Of a stretch of DNA of 64,000 bases, positions 11,561 through 23,260 are shown piece after piece. A program made the position numbers and the translations under genes. Origin of the DNA: Eledone cirrhosa (Eukaryota); contig OZ024742.1 in assembly GCA_964016885.1 (NCBI GenBank), positions 370,760,001 to 370,824,000 on the forward strand, in the 5' to 3' direction. Under the pieces are notes generated by a model, which ran no database searches, was not told the origin of the DNA, and saw only the letters and a program-made list of their open reading frames with translations. How positions within the stretch are numbered: the first letter of the stretch is position 1; the number at the start of each line of letters is the position of its first letter.

Positions 11561-14500
11561 TGACAGTGTGTGGTGATCTTACAGGGTGGTAGGGGTATTG
11601 ACAGTGTCTGGTGACCTTACAGGGTGGTAGGGGTATTGACAGTGTCTGGTGACCCTACAGGATGGTAGGGGTATTGACAGTGTCTGGTGACCCTACAAGG
11701 TGGTAGAGGCATTGACAGTGTCTGGTGACCTTACAGGGTGGTAGGGGCATTGACAGTGTCTGATGACCTTACAGGGTGGTAGGGGTATTGACAGTGTCTG
11801 GTGAACCTACAGGGTGGTAGGGGTATTGACAGTGTCTGGTGACCCTACAAGGTGGTAGAGGCATTGACAGTGTCTGGTGAGCCTACAGGGTGGTAGGGGT
11901 ATTGACAGTGTCTGGTGACGTTACAGGGTGGTAGGGGTATTGACAGTGTCTGGTGACGTTACAGGGTGGTACGTGTATTGACAGTGTATGGTGACCTTAC
12001 ATGTTGGTAGGGGTATTGACAGTGTATGGAGACCCTACAGGGTGGTAGGGGTATTGACAGTGTCTGGTGACCCTACAGGGTGGTAGGGGCATTGACAGTG
12101 TCTGGTGACCATACAGGGTGGTAGGGGCATTGACAGTGTCTGGTGAGCCTACAGGGTGGTAGGAGTATTGACACTGTCTGGTGACCTTACAGGGTGGTAG
12201 GGGTATTGACTGTGTCTGGTGAACTTACAGGGTGGTAGGGGCATTGACAGTGTCTGGTGACTTTACAGGGTGGTACGGGTATTGACAGTGTCTGGTGACC
12301 CTACAGGGTGGTAGGGGCATTGACATTGTCTGGTGACCTTACATGGTGGTAGGGGCATTGACAGTGTCTGGTGACCCTATAGTATGGTAGGGGCATTGAC
12401 AGTGTCTGGTTACCCTACAGGGAGGTAGGGGTGTTGACAGTGTCTGGTGACCCTACAGAGTGGTAGGGACATTGACAGTGTCTGGTGACCCTACAGGGTG
12501 GTAGGGGCATTGACATTGTCTGGTGACCTTACATGGTGGTAGGGGCATTGACAGTGTCTGGTGACCCTATAGTATGGTAGGGGCATTGACAGTGTCTGGT
12601 GACCCTACAGGGTGGTAGGGGTATTGACAGTGTCTGGTGACCCTATAGGTTGATAAAGGTATTGACAGTGTCTGGTGACCTTACAGGGTGGTAGGTTATT
12701 GACAGTGTCTGGTGACTCTATAGGTTGATAAAGGTATTGACAGTGTCTGGTGACCTTACAGGGTGGTAGGGTATTGACAGTGTCTGGTGACCCTACATGG
12801 TGGTAGGGGCATAGACAGTGTCTGCTGACCCTATAGGGTGGTAGAGGAATTGATAGTGTATGGTGACCTTACAGGGTGGTAGGGATATTGACAGTGTCTG
12901 GTGACCTTACAGGGTGGTAAGTGTATTGACAGTGTCTGGTGACCCTACAGGGTGGTAGGGGTATTGACAGTGTCTGGTCACCTTACAGTGTGGTAGGGGT
13001 ATTGACAGTGTCTGGTGACCTTACAGTGTGGTAGGAGTATTAACAGTGTCTGGTGACCTTACCGGGTGGTAGGGGTATTGACAGTGTCTGGTGACCCTAC
13101 AGGGTGGTAGGGGCATTGACAGTGTCTGGTGACCTTACAGGGTGGTAGGGTTATTGACAGTGTCTGGTGACCTTACAGGGTGGTAGGGGTATTGACAGTA
13201 TATCGTGACCTTACAGGGTGGTAGTGGTATTGACAGTGTATGGTGACCTTATAGGGTGGTAGGGGTATTGACAGTGTCTGGTGACCTTACAGGGTAGTAG
13301 GGGCATTGACAGTGTATGGTGACCCTACACGGTGGTAGGGGCATTGAGAGTGTCTGGTGACCTTAACAGGGTGGTACGGGCATTGACAGTGTCTGGTGAC
13401 CTTATAGGATGGTAGGGGTATTGACAGTGTATGGTGACCCTACAGGGTCGTAGGGGTATTGATAGTGTCTGTTGACCCTATAGGGTGGTAGGGGTATTGA
13501 CAGTGCCTGGTGACCTTACAGGGTGGTAGGGGTATTGACAGTGACTCGTGACCCTACATGGTGGTAGGGGCATTGACAGTGTCTGGTGACCCTATAGGCT
13601 GGTAGGGGTATTGACAGTGTATGGTGACCTTACAGGGTGGTAGGGGTATTGACAGTGTATGGTAACCCTACAGGGTGGTAGGGGTATTGACAGTGTCTGG
13701 TGACCCTATAGGCTGGTAGGGGTATTGACAGTGTATGGTGACCCTGTAGGGTGGTAGGGGTATTGACAGTGCATGGTGACCCTACAGGGTGGTAGGGGTA
13801 TTGATAGTGTCTGGTGATCCTACAGGGTGGTAGGGGCATTGAGAGTGCCTGGTGACCTTAACAGGGTGGTAGGGGTTTTGACACTGTCTGGAGACCTTAC
13901 AGGGTGGTAGGGGCATTGACAGTGTATGGTGACCCTACAGGGTGGTACGGGCATTGACAGTGTCTGGTGACCTTACAGGGTGGTAGGGCTATTGACAGTG
14001 TATGGTGACCCTACTGTGTGGTAGGGGTATTGAAAGTGTGTTGTGACCCTACAGGGTGGTAGGGGCATAGACAGTGTCTAGTGACCCTACAGGGTGGTAG
14101 GGGTATTGACAGTGTCTAGTGACCCTACAGGGTGGTAGGGGTATTGACAGTATATGGTGACCTTACAGGGTGGTAGGGGTATTGACAGTGTCTGGTGACC
14201 TTACAGTGTGGTAGGAGTATTAACAGTGTCTGGTGACCATACAGGGTGGTAGGGGTATTGACAGTGTCTGGTGACTCTACAGGGTGGTAGGGGCATTGAC
14301 AGTGTCTGGTGACCTTACAGGGTGGTAGGGTTATTGACAGTGTCTGGTGACCTTACAGGGTGGTAGGGGTATTGACAGTGTATGGTGACCCTACAGGGTG
14401 GTAGGGGTATTGATAGTGTCTGTTGACCCTATAGGGTGGTAGGGGTATTGACAGTGCCTGGTGACCTTACAGGGTGGTAGGTGTGTTCACAGTGTCTGGT

Positions 14501-17500
14501 GACCTTAGAGGGTGGTAAGGGTATTGACAGTGTCTGGTGAACTGATAGGGTGGTAAAGGTATTGACAGTGTCTGGTGACCTTACAGGGTGGTTGGGGTAT
14601 TGACAGGTCTGGTGACCCTACATGGTGGTAGGGGCATTGACAGTGTCTGGTGACCCTATAGGCTGGTAGGGGTATTGACAGTGTATGGTGACCTTACAGG
14701 GTGGTAGGGGTATTGACAGTGTATGGTGACCCTACAGGGTGGTAAGGGTATTGACAGTGTCTGGTGACCCTATAGGCTGGTAGGGGTATTGACAGTGTAT
14801 GGTGAACCTGTAGGGTGGTAGGGGTATTGACAGTGCATGGTGATCCTTCAGGGTGGTAGGGGTATTGATAGTGTCTGGTGATCCTACAGGGTGGTAGGGG
14901 CATTGAGAGTGCCTGGTGACCTTAACAGGGTGGTAGGGGTGTTGACACTGTCTGGTGACCTTACAGGGTGGTAGGGGCATTGACAGTGTATGGTGACCCT
15001 ACAGGGTGGTACCGGCATTGACAGTGTCTGGTGACCTTACAGGGTGGTAGGGGTATTGACAGTGTCTGGTGACCCTACTGTGTGGTAGGGGCATTGAGAG
15101 TGCCTGGTGACCTTAACAGGGTGGTAGGGGTGTTGACACTCTCTGGTGACCTTACAGGGTGGTAGGGGCATTGACAGTGTATGGTGACCCTACAGGGTGG
15201 TACGGGCATTGACAGTGTCTGGTGACCTTACAGGGTGGTAGGGGTATTGACAGTGTCTGGTGACCCTACTGTGTGATAGGGGTATTGAAAGTGTGTTGTG
15301 AACCTACAGGGTGGTAGAGGCATTGACAGTGTCTAGTGACCCTACAGGGTGGTAGGGGTATTGACAGTGTCTAGTGGCCCTACAGGGTGGTAGGGGTATT
15401 GACAGTATATGGTGATCTTACAGGGTGGTAGGGGTATTGACAGTGTCTGGTGACCTTACAGTGTGGTAGGAGTATTAACAGTGTCTGGTGACCATACAGG
15501 GTGGTAGGGGTATTGACAGTGTCTGGTGACTCTACAGGGTGGTAGAGGCATTGACAGTGTCTGGTGACCTTACAGGGTGGTAGGGTTATTGACAGTGTAT
15601 GGTGACCCTACAGGGTGGTAGGGGTATTGATAGTGTCTGTTGACCCTATAGGGTGGTAGGGGTATTGACAGTGCCTGGTGACCTTACAGGGTGGTAGGTG
15701 TGTTCACAGTGTCTGGTGACCTTAAAGGGTGGTAAGGGTATTGACAGTGTCTGGTGAACTGATAGGGTGGTAAAGGTATTGCCAGTGTCTGGTGACCTTA
15801 CAGGGTGGTAGGGGTATTGACAGTGTCTGGTGACCCTACATGGTGGTAGGGGCATTGACAGTGTCTGGTGACCCTATAGGCTGGTAGGGGTATTGACAGT
15901 GTATGGTGACCTTACAGGGTGGTAGGGGTATTGACAGTGTATGGTGACCCTACAGGGTGGTAGGGGTATTGACAGTGTCTGGTGACCCTATAGGCTGGTA
16001 GGGGTATTGACAGTGTATGGTGACCCTGTAGGGTGGTAGGGGTATTGACAGTGCATGGTGATCCTACAGGGTGGTAGGGGTTTGATAGTGTCTGGTGATC
16101 CTACAGGGTGGTAGTGGCATTGAGAGTGCCTGGTGACCTTAACAGGGTGGTAGGGGTGTTGACACTGTCTGGTGACCTTACAGGGTGGTAGGGGCATTGA
16201 CAGTGTATGGTGACCCTACAGGGTGGCATGGGCATTGACAGTGTCTGGTGACCTTACAGGGTGGTAGGGGTATTGACAGTGTCTGGTGACCCTACTGTGT
16301 GGTAGGGGTATTGAAGTGTGTTGTGACCCTACAGGGTGGTAGTGGTATTGACAGTTGGTGGTGACCTTACAGGGTGGTGGGGGTATTGACAGTGTATGGT
16401 GACCTTACAGGGTGGTATGGGTATTGACAGTGTATGTTGACCCTGTAGTGTGGTAGGGGTATTGACAGTGCATGGTGATCCTACAGTGTGGTATGGGAAT
16501 TGATAGTGTCTGGTGACCCTACAGGGTGGTAGGGGCATTGAGAGTGTCTGGTGACCTTAACAGGCTGGTAGGGGTGTTGACACTGTCTGGTGACAGTACA
16601 GGGTGTTAGGGGTATTGACAGTGTCTGGTGACCTTACAGGGTGGTAGGGGTATTGACAGTGTATAGTGACCTTACAGGGTGGTAGTGGTATTTACAGTGT
16701 CTGGTGAACTTACAGGGTGGTAGGGGCATTAACAGTGTCTGGTGACTTTACAGGGTGGTAGGGGTATTGACAGTGTATGGTGACCTTACAGGGTGGTAGG
16801 GTTATTGACAGTGTATGGGGAACTTACAGGGTGGTCAGGGTATTGACAGTGTATGGTGACCTTACAGTGTGGTAGGGGCATTGACAGTGTATGGTGACCT
16901 TACAGGGTGGTAGGGGTATTGACACTATATGGTGACCTTAATTGGTGGTAGGGGTATTGACAGTGTATGGTGACCTTACAGGGTGGTAGGGGTATTGACA
17001 GTGTATGGTAACCTTACACGGTGGTAGGTGTATTGACAGTGTCTGGTGACCTTACAGGGTGGTAGGGTCATTGACAGTGTATGGTGACGCTACAGGGTGG
17101 TACGGGCATTGACAGTGTCTGGTGACCTTACAGGGTGGTAGGGGTATTGACAGTGTCTGGTGACCTTATTGTGTGGTAGGGGTATTGAAAGTGTCTGGTG
17201 ACCCTACAGGGTGGTAGGGTCATTGACAGTGTCTAGTGACCATAAAGGGTGGTAGGGGAATTAACAGTGTCTAGTGAGCCTACAGGGTGGTAGGTGTATT
17301 GACAGTATATGGTGACCTTACAGGGTGGTAGAGGCTTTGACAGTGTCTGGTGACCATACAGGGTGGTAGGGCTATTGACAGTGGCTGGTGACCTTACAGG
17401 GTGGTAGGGGTATTGACAGTGTATGGTGACCTTACAGGGTGGTAAGGGTATTGACAGTGTATGGTGATCTTACAGGGTGGTAGGGGCATTGACAGTGTAT

Positions 17501-20260
17501 GGTGACCTTACAGGGTGGTAGGTGTATTGACAGTATATGGTGACCTTACAGGGTGGTAGGGGTATTGACAGTGTATGGTTTCCTTACAGGGTTGTAGGGG
17601 TATTGACAGTGTATGGTGACCTTACAGGATGGTAGGGGTATTGACAGTGTCTGGTGACCTTACAGTGTGGTAGGCGCATTGACAGTGTATGGTGATCCTA
17701 CAGGGTCGTAGGGGTATTGACAGTGTCTGGTGACCCTAGGGTGGTAGGGGTATTGACAGTGTATGGTGACCCTATAGGGTGGTAGGGTCATTGACAGTGT
17801 ATGGTGACCTTACAGGGTGGTAGGGGTATTGACAGTGTCTGGTGACCTTACAGGGTGGTAGGGGTATTGACAGTGTCTGGGGACCTTACAGGGTGGTAGG
17901 GGCATTAACCGTATCTGGTGACCTTACAGGGTGGTAGGGACATTGACAGTGTCTGGTGACCTTACAGGGTGGTAGGGGTATTGACAGTGTCTGGTGACCC
18001 TACAGGGTGGTAGGGGCATTGACAGTGTCTAGTGACCCTACAGGGTGGTAGGGTATTGACAGTGTCTAGTGCCCCTACAGGGTGGTATGGTTATTGACAG
18101 TGTCTGGTGACCTTACAGGGTGGTAGGGTTATTGACAGTGTATGGTGACCCTATAGGGTGGTAGGGGTATTGACAGTGTCTGGTGACACTACAGGGTGGT
18201 AGGGGCATTGACAGTGTCTGGTGACCCTATAGGGTGGTACGGGTATAGACAGTGTATGGTGACCCTATAGGGTGGTAGGGGTATTGACAGTGTATGGTGA
18301 TCCTACAGGGTCGTAGAGGTATTGACAGTGTCTGGTGATCCTACAGGGTAGTAGGGGCATTGAGAATGTCTGGTGACCTTACAGGGTGCTAGGGTTATTG
18401 ACAGTGTATGGTGACCTTACAGGGTGGTAGGGTTATTCACAGTGTATGGAGACCTTACAGGGTGGTAGGGGTATTGACAGTGTCTGGTGACCCTACAGGG
18501 TGGTAGGGGCATTGACAGTGTCTGGTGACCTTACAGGGTGGTAGGGTTATTGACAGTGCCTGGTGACCTTATAGGGTGGTAGGTGTGTTCACAGTGTCTG
18601 GTGACCTTAAAGGGTGGTAAGGGTATTGACAGTGTCTGGTGAACTGATAGGGTGGTAAAGGTATTGACAGTGTCTGGTGACCTTACAGGGTGGTAGGGGT
18701 ATTGACAGTGTCTGGTGACCCTACATGGTGGTAGGGGCATTGACAGTGTCTGGTGACCCTATAGGCTGGTAGGGGTATTGACAGTGTATGGTGACCTTAC
18801 AGGGTGGTAGGGGTATTGACAGTGTATGGTGACCCTACAGGGTGGTAGGGGTATTGAGAGTGTCTGGTGACCCTATAGGCTGGTAGGGGTATTGACAGTG
18901 TATGGTGACCCTGTAGGGTGGTAGGTGTATTGACAGTGCATGGTGATCCTACAGGGTGGTAGGGGTATTGATAGTGTCTGGTGACCCTACAGGGTGGTAG
19001 GGGCATTGAGAGTGCCTGGTGACCTTAACAGGGTGGTAGGGGTGTTGACACTGTCTGGTGACCTTACAGGGTGGTAGGGGCATTGACAGAGTATGGTGAC
19101 CCTACAGGGTGGTACGGGCATTGACAGTGTCTGGTGACCTTACAGGGTGGTATGGGTATTGACAGTGTCTGGTGACCCTACTGTTTCGTAGGGGTATTGA
19201 AAGTGTGTTGTGACCCTACAGGGTGGTAGGGGCATTGACAGTGTCTAGTGACCCTACAAGTTCGTAGGGGTATTGACAGTGTCTAGTGACCCTACAGGGT
19301 GGTAAGGGTATTGACAGTATATGGTGACCTTACAGGGTGGTAGGGGCATTGACAGTGTATGGTGACCCTACAGGGTGGTACGGGCATTGACAGTGTCTTG
19401 TGACCTTACAGGGTGGTATGGGTATTGACAGTGTCTGGTGACCCTACTGTTTGGTAGGGGTATTGAAAGTGTGTTGTGACCCTACAGGGTGGTAGGGGCA
19501 TTGACAGTGTCTAGTGACCCTACAGGGTCGTAGGGGTATTGACAGTGTCTGGTGACCCTACAGGGTGGTAGTGGTATTGACAGTTGGTGGTGACCTTACA
19601 GGGTGGTGGGGGTATTGACAGTGTATGGTGATCTTACAGGGTGGTAAGGGTATTGACAGTGTATGGTGACCTTACAGGGTGGTAGGGGTATTGACAGTGT
19701 ATGTTGACCCTGTAGTGTTGTAGGGGTATTGACAGTGCATGGTGACCCTATAGGGTGGTACGGGTATAGACAGTATATGGTGACCTTACAGGGTGGTAGG
19801 GGCTTTGACAGTGTCTGGTGACCCTACAGGGTGGTAGTGGTATTGACAGTTGGTGGTGACCTTACAGGGTGTTAGGGGTATTGACAGTGTATGGTGACCT
19901 TACAGGGTGGTAAGGGTATTGACAGTGTATGGTGACCTTACAGGGTGGTAGGGGGATTGACAGTGTATGGTGACCTTACAGGGTGGTAGGTGTATTGACA
20001 GTATATTGTGACCTTACAGGGTGGTAGGGGTATTGACAGTGTATGGTGATCCTACAGGGTGGTATGGGTATTGATAGTGTCTGGTGACCCTACAGGGTGG
20101 TAGGGGCATTGAGAGTGTCTGGTGACCTTAACAGGCTGGTAGGGGTGTTGACACTGTCTGGTGACCGTACAGGGTGTTAGGGGTATTGACAGTGTCTGGT
20201 GACCTTACAGGGTGGTAGGGGTATTGACAGTGTATGGTGACCTTACAGGGTGGTAGTGGT

Positions 20261-23260
20261 ATTTACAGTGTCTGGTGAACTTACAGGGTGGTAGGGGCAT
20301 TAACTGTGTCTGGTGACTTTACAGGGTGGTAGGGGTATTGACAGTGTATGGTGACCTTACAGGGTGGTAGGGTTATTGACAGTGTATGGGGAACTTACAG
20401 GGTGGTAAGGGTATTGACAGTGTATGGTGACCTTACAGTGTGGTAGGGGCATTGACAGTGTATGGTGACCTTACAGGGTGGTAGGGGTATTGACACTATA
20501 TGGTGACCTTAATTGGTGGTAGGGGTATTGACAGTGTATGGTGACCTTACACGGTGGTAGGTGTATTGACAGTGTCTGGTGACCTTACAGGGTGGTACGG
20601 GCATTGACAGTGTCTGGTGACCTTACAGGGTGGTAGGGGTATTGACAGTGTCTGGTGACCTTACTGTGTGGTAGGGGTATTGAAAGTGTCTGGTGAACCT
20701 ACAGGGTGGTAGGGGCATTGACAGTGTCTAGTGACCATAAAGGGTGGTAGGGGTATTGACAGTGTCTAGTGAGCCTACAGGGTGGTAGGGGTATTGACAG
20801 TATATGGTGAAATTACAAGGTGGTAGAGGCTTTGACAGTGTCTGGTGACCATACAGGGTGGTAGTGGTATTGACAGTGGCTGGTGACCTTACAGGGTGGT
20901 AAGGTTATTGACAGTGTATGGTGATCTTACAGGGTGGTAGGGGCATTGACAGTGTATGGTGATCTTACAGGGTGGTAGGTGTATTGACAGTATATGGTGA
21001 CCTTACAGGGTGGTAGGGGTATTGACAGTGTATGGTTACCTTACAGGGTTGTAGGTGTATTGACAGTGTATGGTGACCTTACAGGATGGTAGGGGTATTG
21101 ACAGTGTCTGGTGACCTTACAGTGTGGTAGGGGCATTGACAGTGTATGGTGATCCTACAGGGTGGTAAGGGCATTGAGAGTGTCTGGTGACCTTACAGGG
21201 TGGTAGTGGTAATGACAGTGTATGGTGAACCTACAGGGTGGTAGGGGTATTGACAGTGTCTGGTGACCTTACAGGGTGGTAGGGGTATTGACAGTGTCTG
21301 GGGACCTTACAGGGTGGTAGGGGTATTGACAGTGTCTGGGGACCTTACAGGGTGGTAGGGGCATTAACCGTATCTGGTGACCCTACAGGGTGGTAGGGAC
21401 ATTGACAGTGTCTGGTGACCTTACAGGGTGGTAGGGGTATTGACAGTGTCTGGTGACCTTACAGGGTGGTAGGGGCATTGACAATGTCTAGTGACCCTAC
21501 AGGGTGGTAGGGTATTGACAGTGTCTAGTGCCACTACAGGGTGGTATGCTTATTGACAGTGTCTGGTGACCTTACAGGGTGGTAGGGTTATTGACAGTGT
21601 ATGGTGACCCTATAGGGTGGTAGGGGTATTGACAGTGTCTGGTGACCCTACAGGGTGGTAGGGGCATTGACAGTGTCTGGTGACCCTATAGGGTGGTACG
21701 GGTATAGACAGTGTATGGTGACCCTATAGGGTGGTAGGGGTATTTACAGTGTCTGGTGAACTTACAGGGTGGTAGGGGCATTAACTGTGTCTGGTGACTT
21801 TACAGGGTGGTAGGGGTATTGACAGTGTATGGTGACCTTACAGGGTGGTAGGGTTATTGACAGTGTATGGGGAACTTACAGGGTGGTAAGGGTATTGACA
21901 GTGTATGGTGACCTTACAGTGTGGTAGGGGCATTGACAGTGTATGGTGACCTTACAGGGTGGTAGGGGTATTGACACTATATGGTGACCTTAATTGGTGG
22001 TAGGGGTATTGACAGTGTATGGTGACCTTACACGGTGGTAGGTGTATTGACAGTGTCTGGTGACCTTACAGGGTGGTACGGGCATTGACAGTGTCTGGTG
22101 ACCTTACAGGGTGGTAGGGGTATTGACAGTGTCTGGTGACCTTACTGTGTGGTAGGGGTATTGAAAGTGTCTGGTGAACCTACAGGGTGGTAGGGGCATT
22201 GACAGTGTCTAGTGACCATAAAGGGTGGTAGGGGTATTGACAGTGTCTAGTGAGCCTACAGGGTGGTAGGGGTATTGACAGTATATGGTGAAATTACAAG
22301 GTGGTAGAGGCTTTGACAGTGTCTGGTGACCATACAGGGTGGTAGTGGTATTGACAGTGGCTGGTGACCTTACAGGGTGGTGGAGGTATTGACAGTGTAT
22401 GGTGACCTTACAGGGTGGTAAGGTTATTGACAGTGTATGGTGATCTTACAGGGTGGTAGGGGCATTGACAGTGTATGGTGATCTTACAGGGTGGTAGGTG
22501 TATTGACAGTATATGGTGACCTTACAGGGTGGTAGGGGTATTGACAGTGTATGGTTACCTTACAGGGTTGTAGGTGTATTGACAGTGTATGGTGACCTTA
22601 CAGGATGGTAGGGGTATTGACAGTGTCTGGTGACCTTACAGGGTGGTAGGGGCATTGACAGTGTATGGTGATCCTACAGGGTGGTAAGGGCATTGAGAGT
22701 GTCTGGTGACCTTACAGGGTGGTAGTGGTAATGACAGTGTATGGTGAACCTACAGGGTGGTAGGGGTATTGACAGTGTCTGGTGACCTTACAGGGTGGTA
22801 GGGGTATTGACAGTGTCTGGGGACCTTACAGGGTGGTAGGGGTGTTGACAGTGTCTGGGGACCTTACAGGGTGGTAGGGGCATTAACCGTATCTGGTGAC
22901 CCTACAGGGTGGTAGGGACATTGACAGTGTCTGGTGACCTTACAGGGTGGTAGGGGTATTGACAGTGTCTGGTGACCCTACAGGGTGGTAGGGGCATTGA
23001 CAATGTCTAGTGACCCTACAGGGTGGTAGGGTATTGACAGTGTCTAGTGCCCCTACAGGGTGGTATGGTTATTGACAGTGTCTGGTGACCTTACAGGGTG
23101 GTAGGGTTATTGACAGTGTATGGTGACCCTATAGGGTGGTAGGGGTATTGACAGTGTCTGGTGACCCTACAGGGTGGTAGGGGCATTGACAGTGTCTGGT
23201 GACCCTATAGGGTGGTACGGGTATAGACAGTGTATGGTGACCCTATAGGGTGGTAGGGGT
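20261..23260 (+). repeat. Tandem duplication of 1,481 bp (39 monomers) within domain B
   Basis: atttacagtgtctggtgaactt...cattaactgtgtc occurs at 20261 and 21742, and aattacaagg at 20811 and 22292 (both offsets 1481 = 39x38-1). The second copy has one extra monomer (tggaggtatt at ~22381). Confidence 0.9.
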
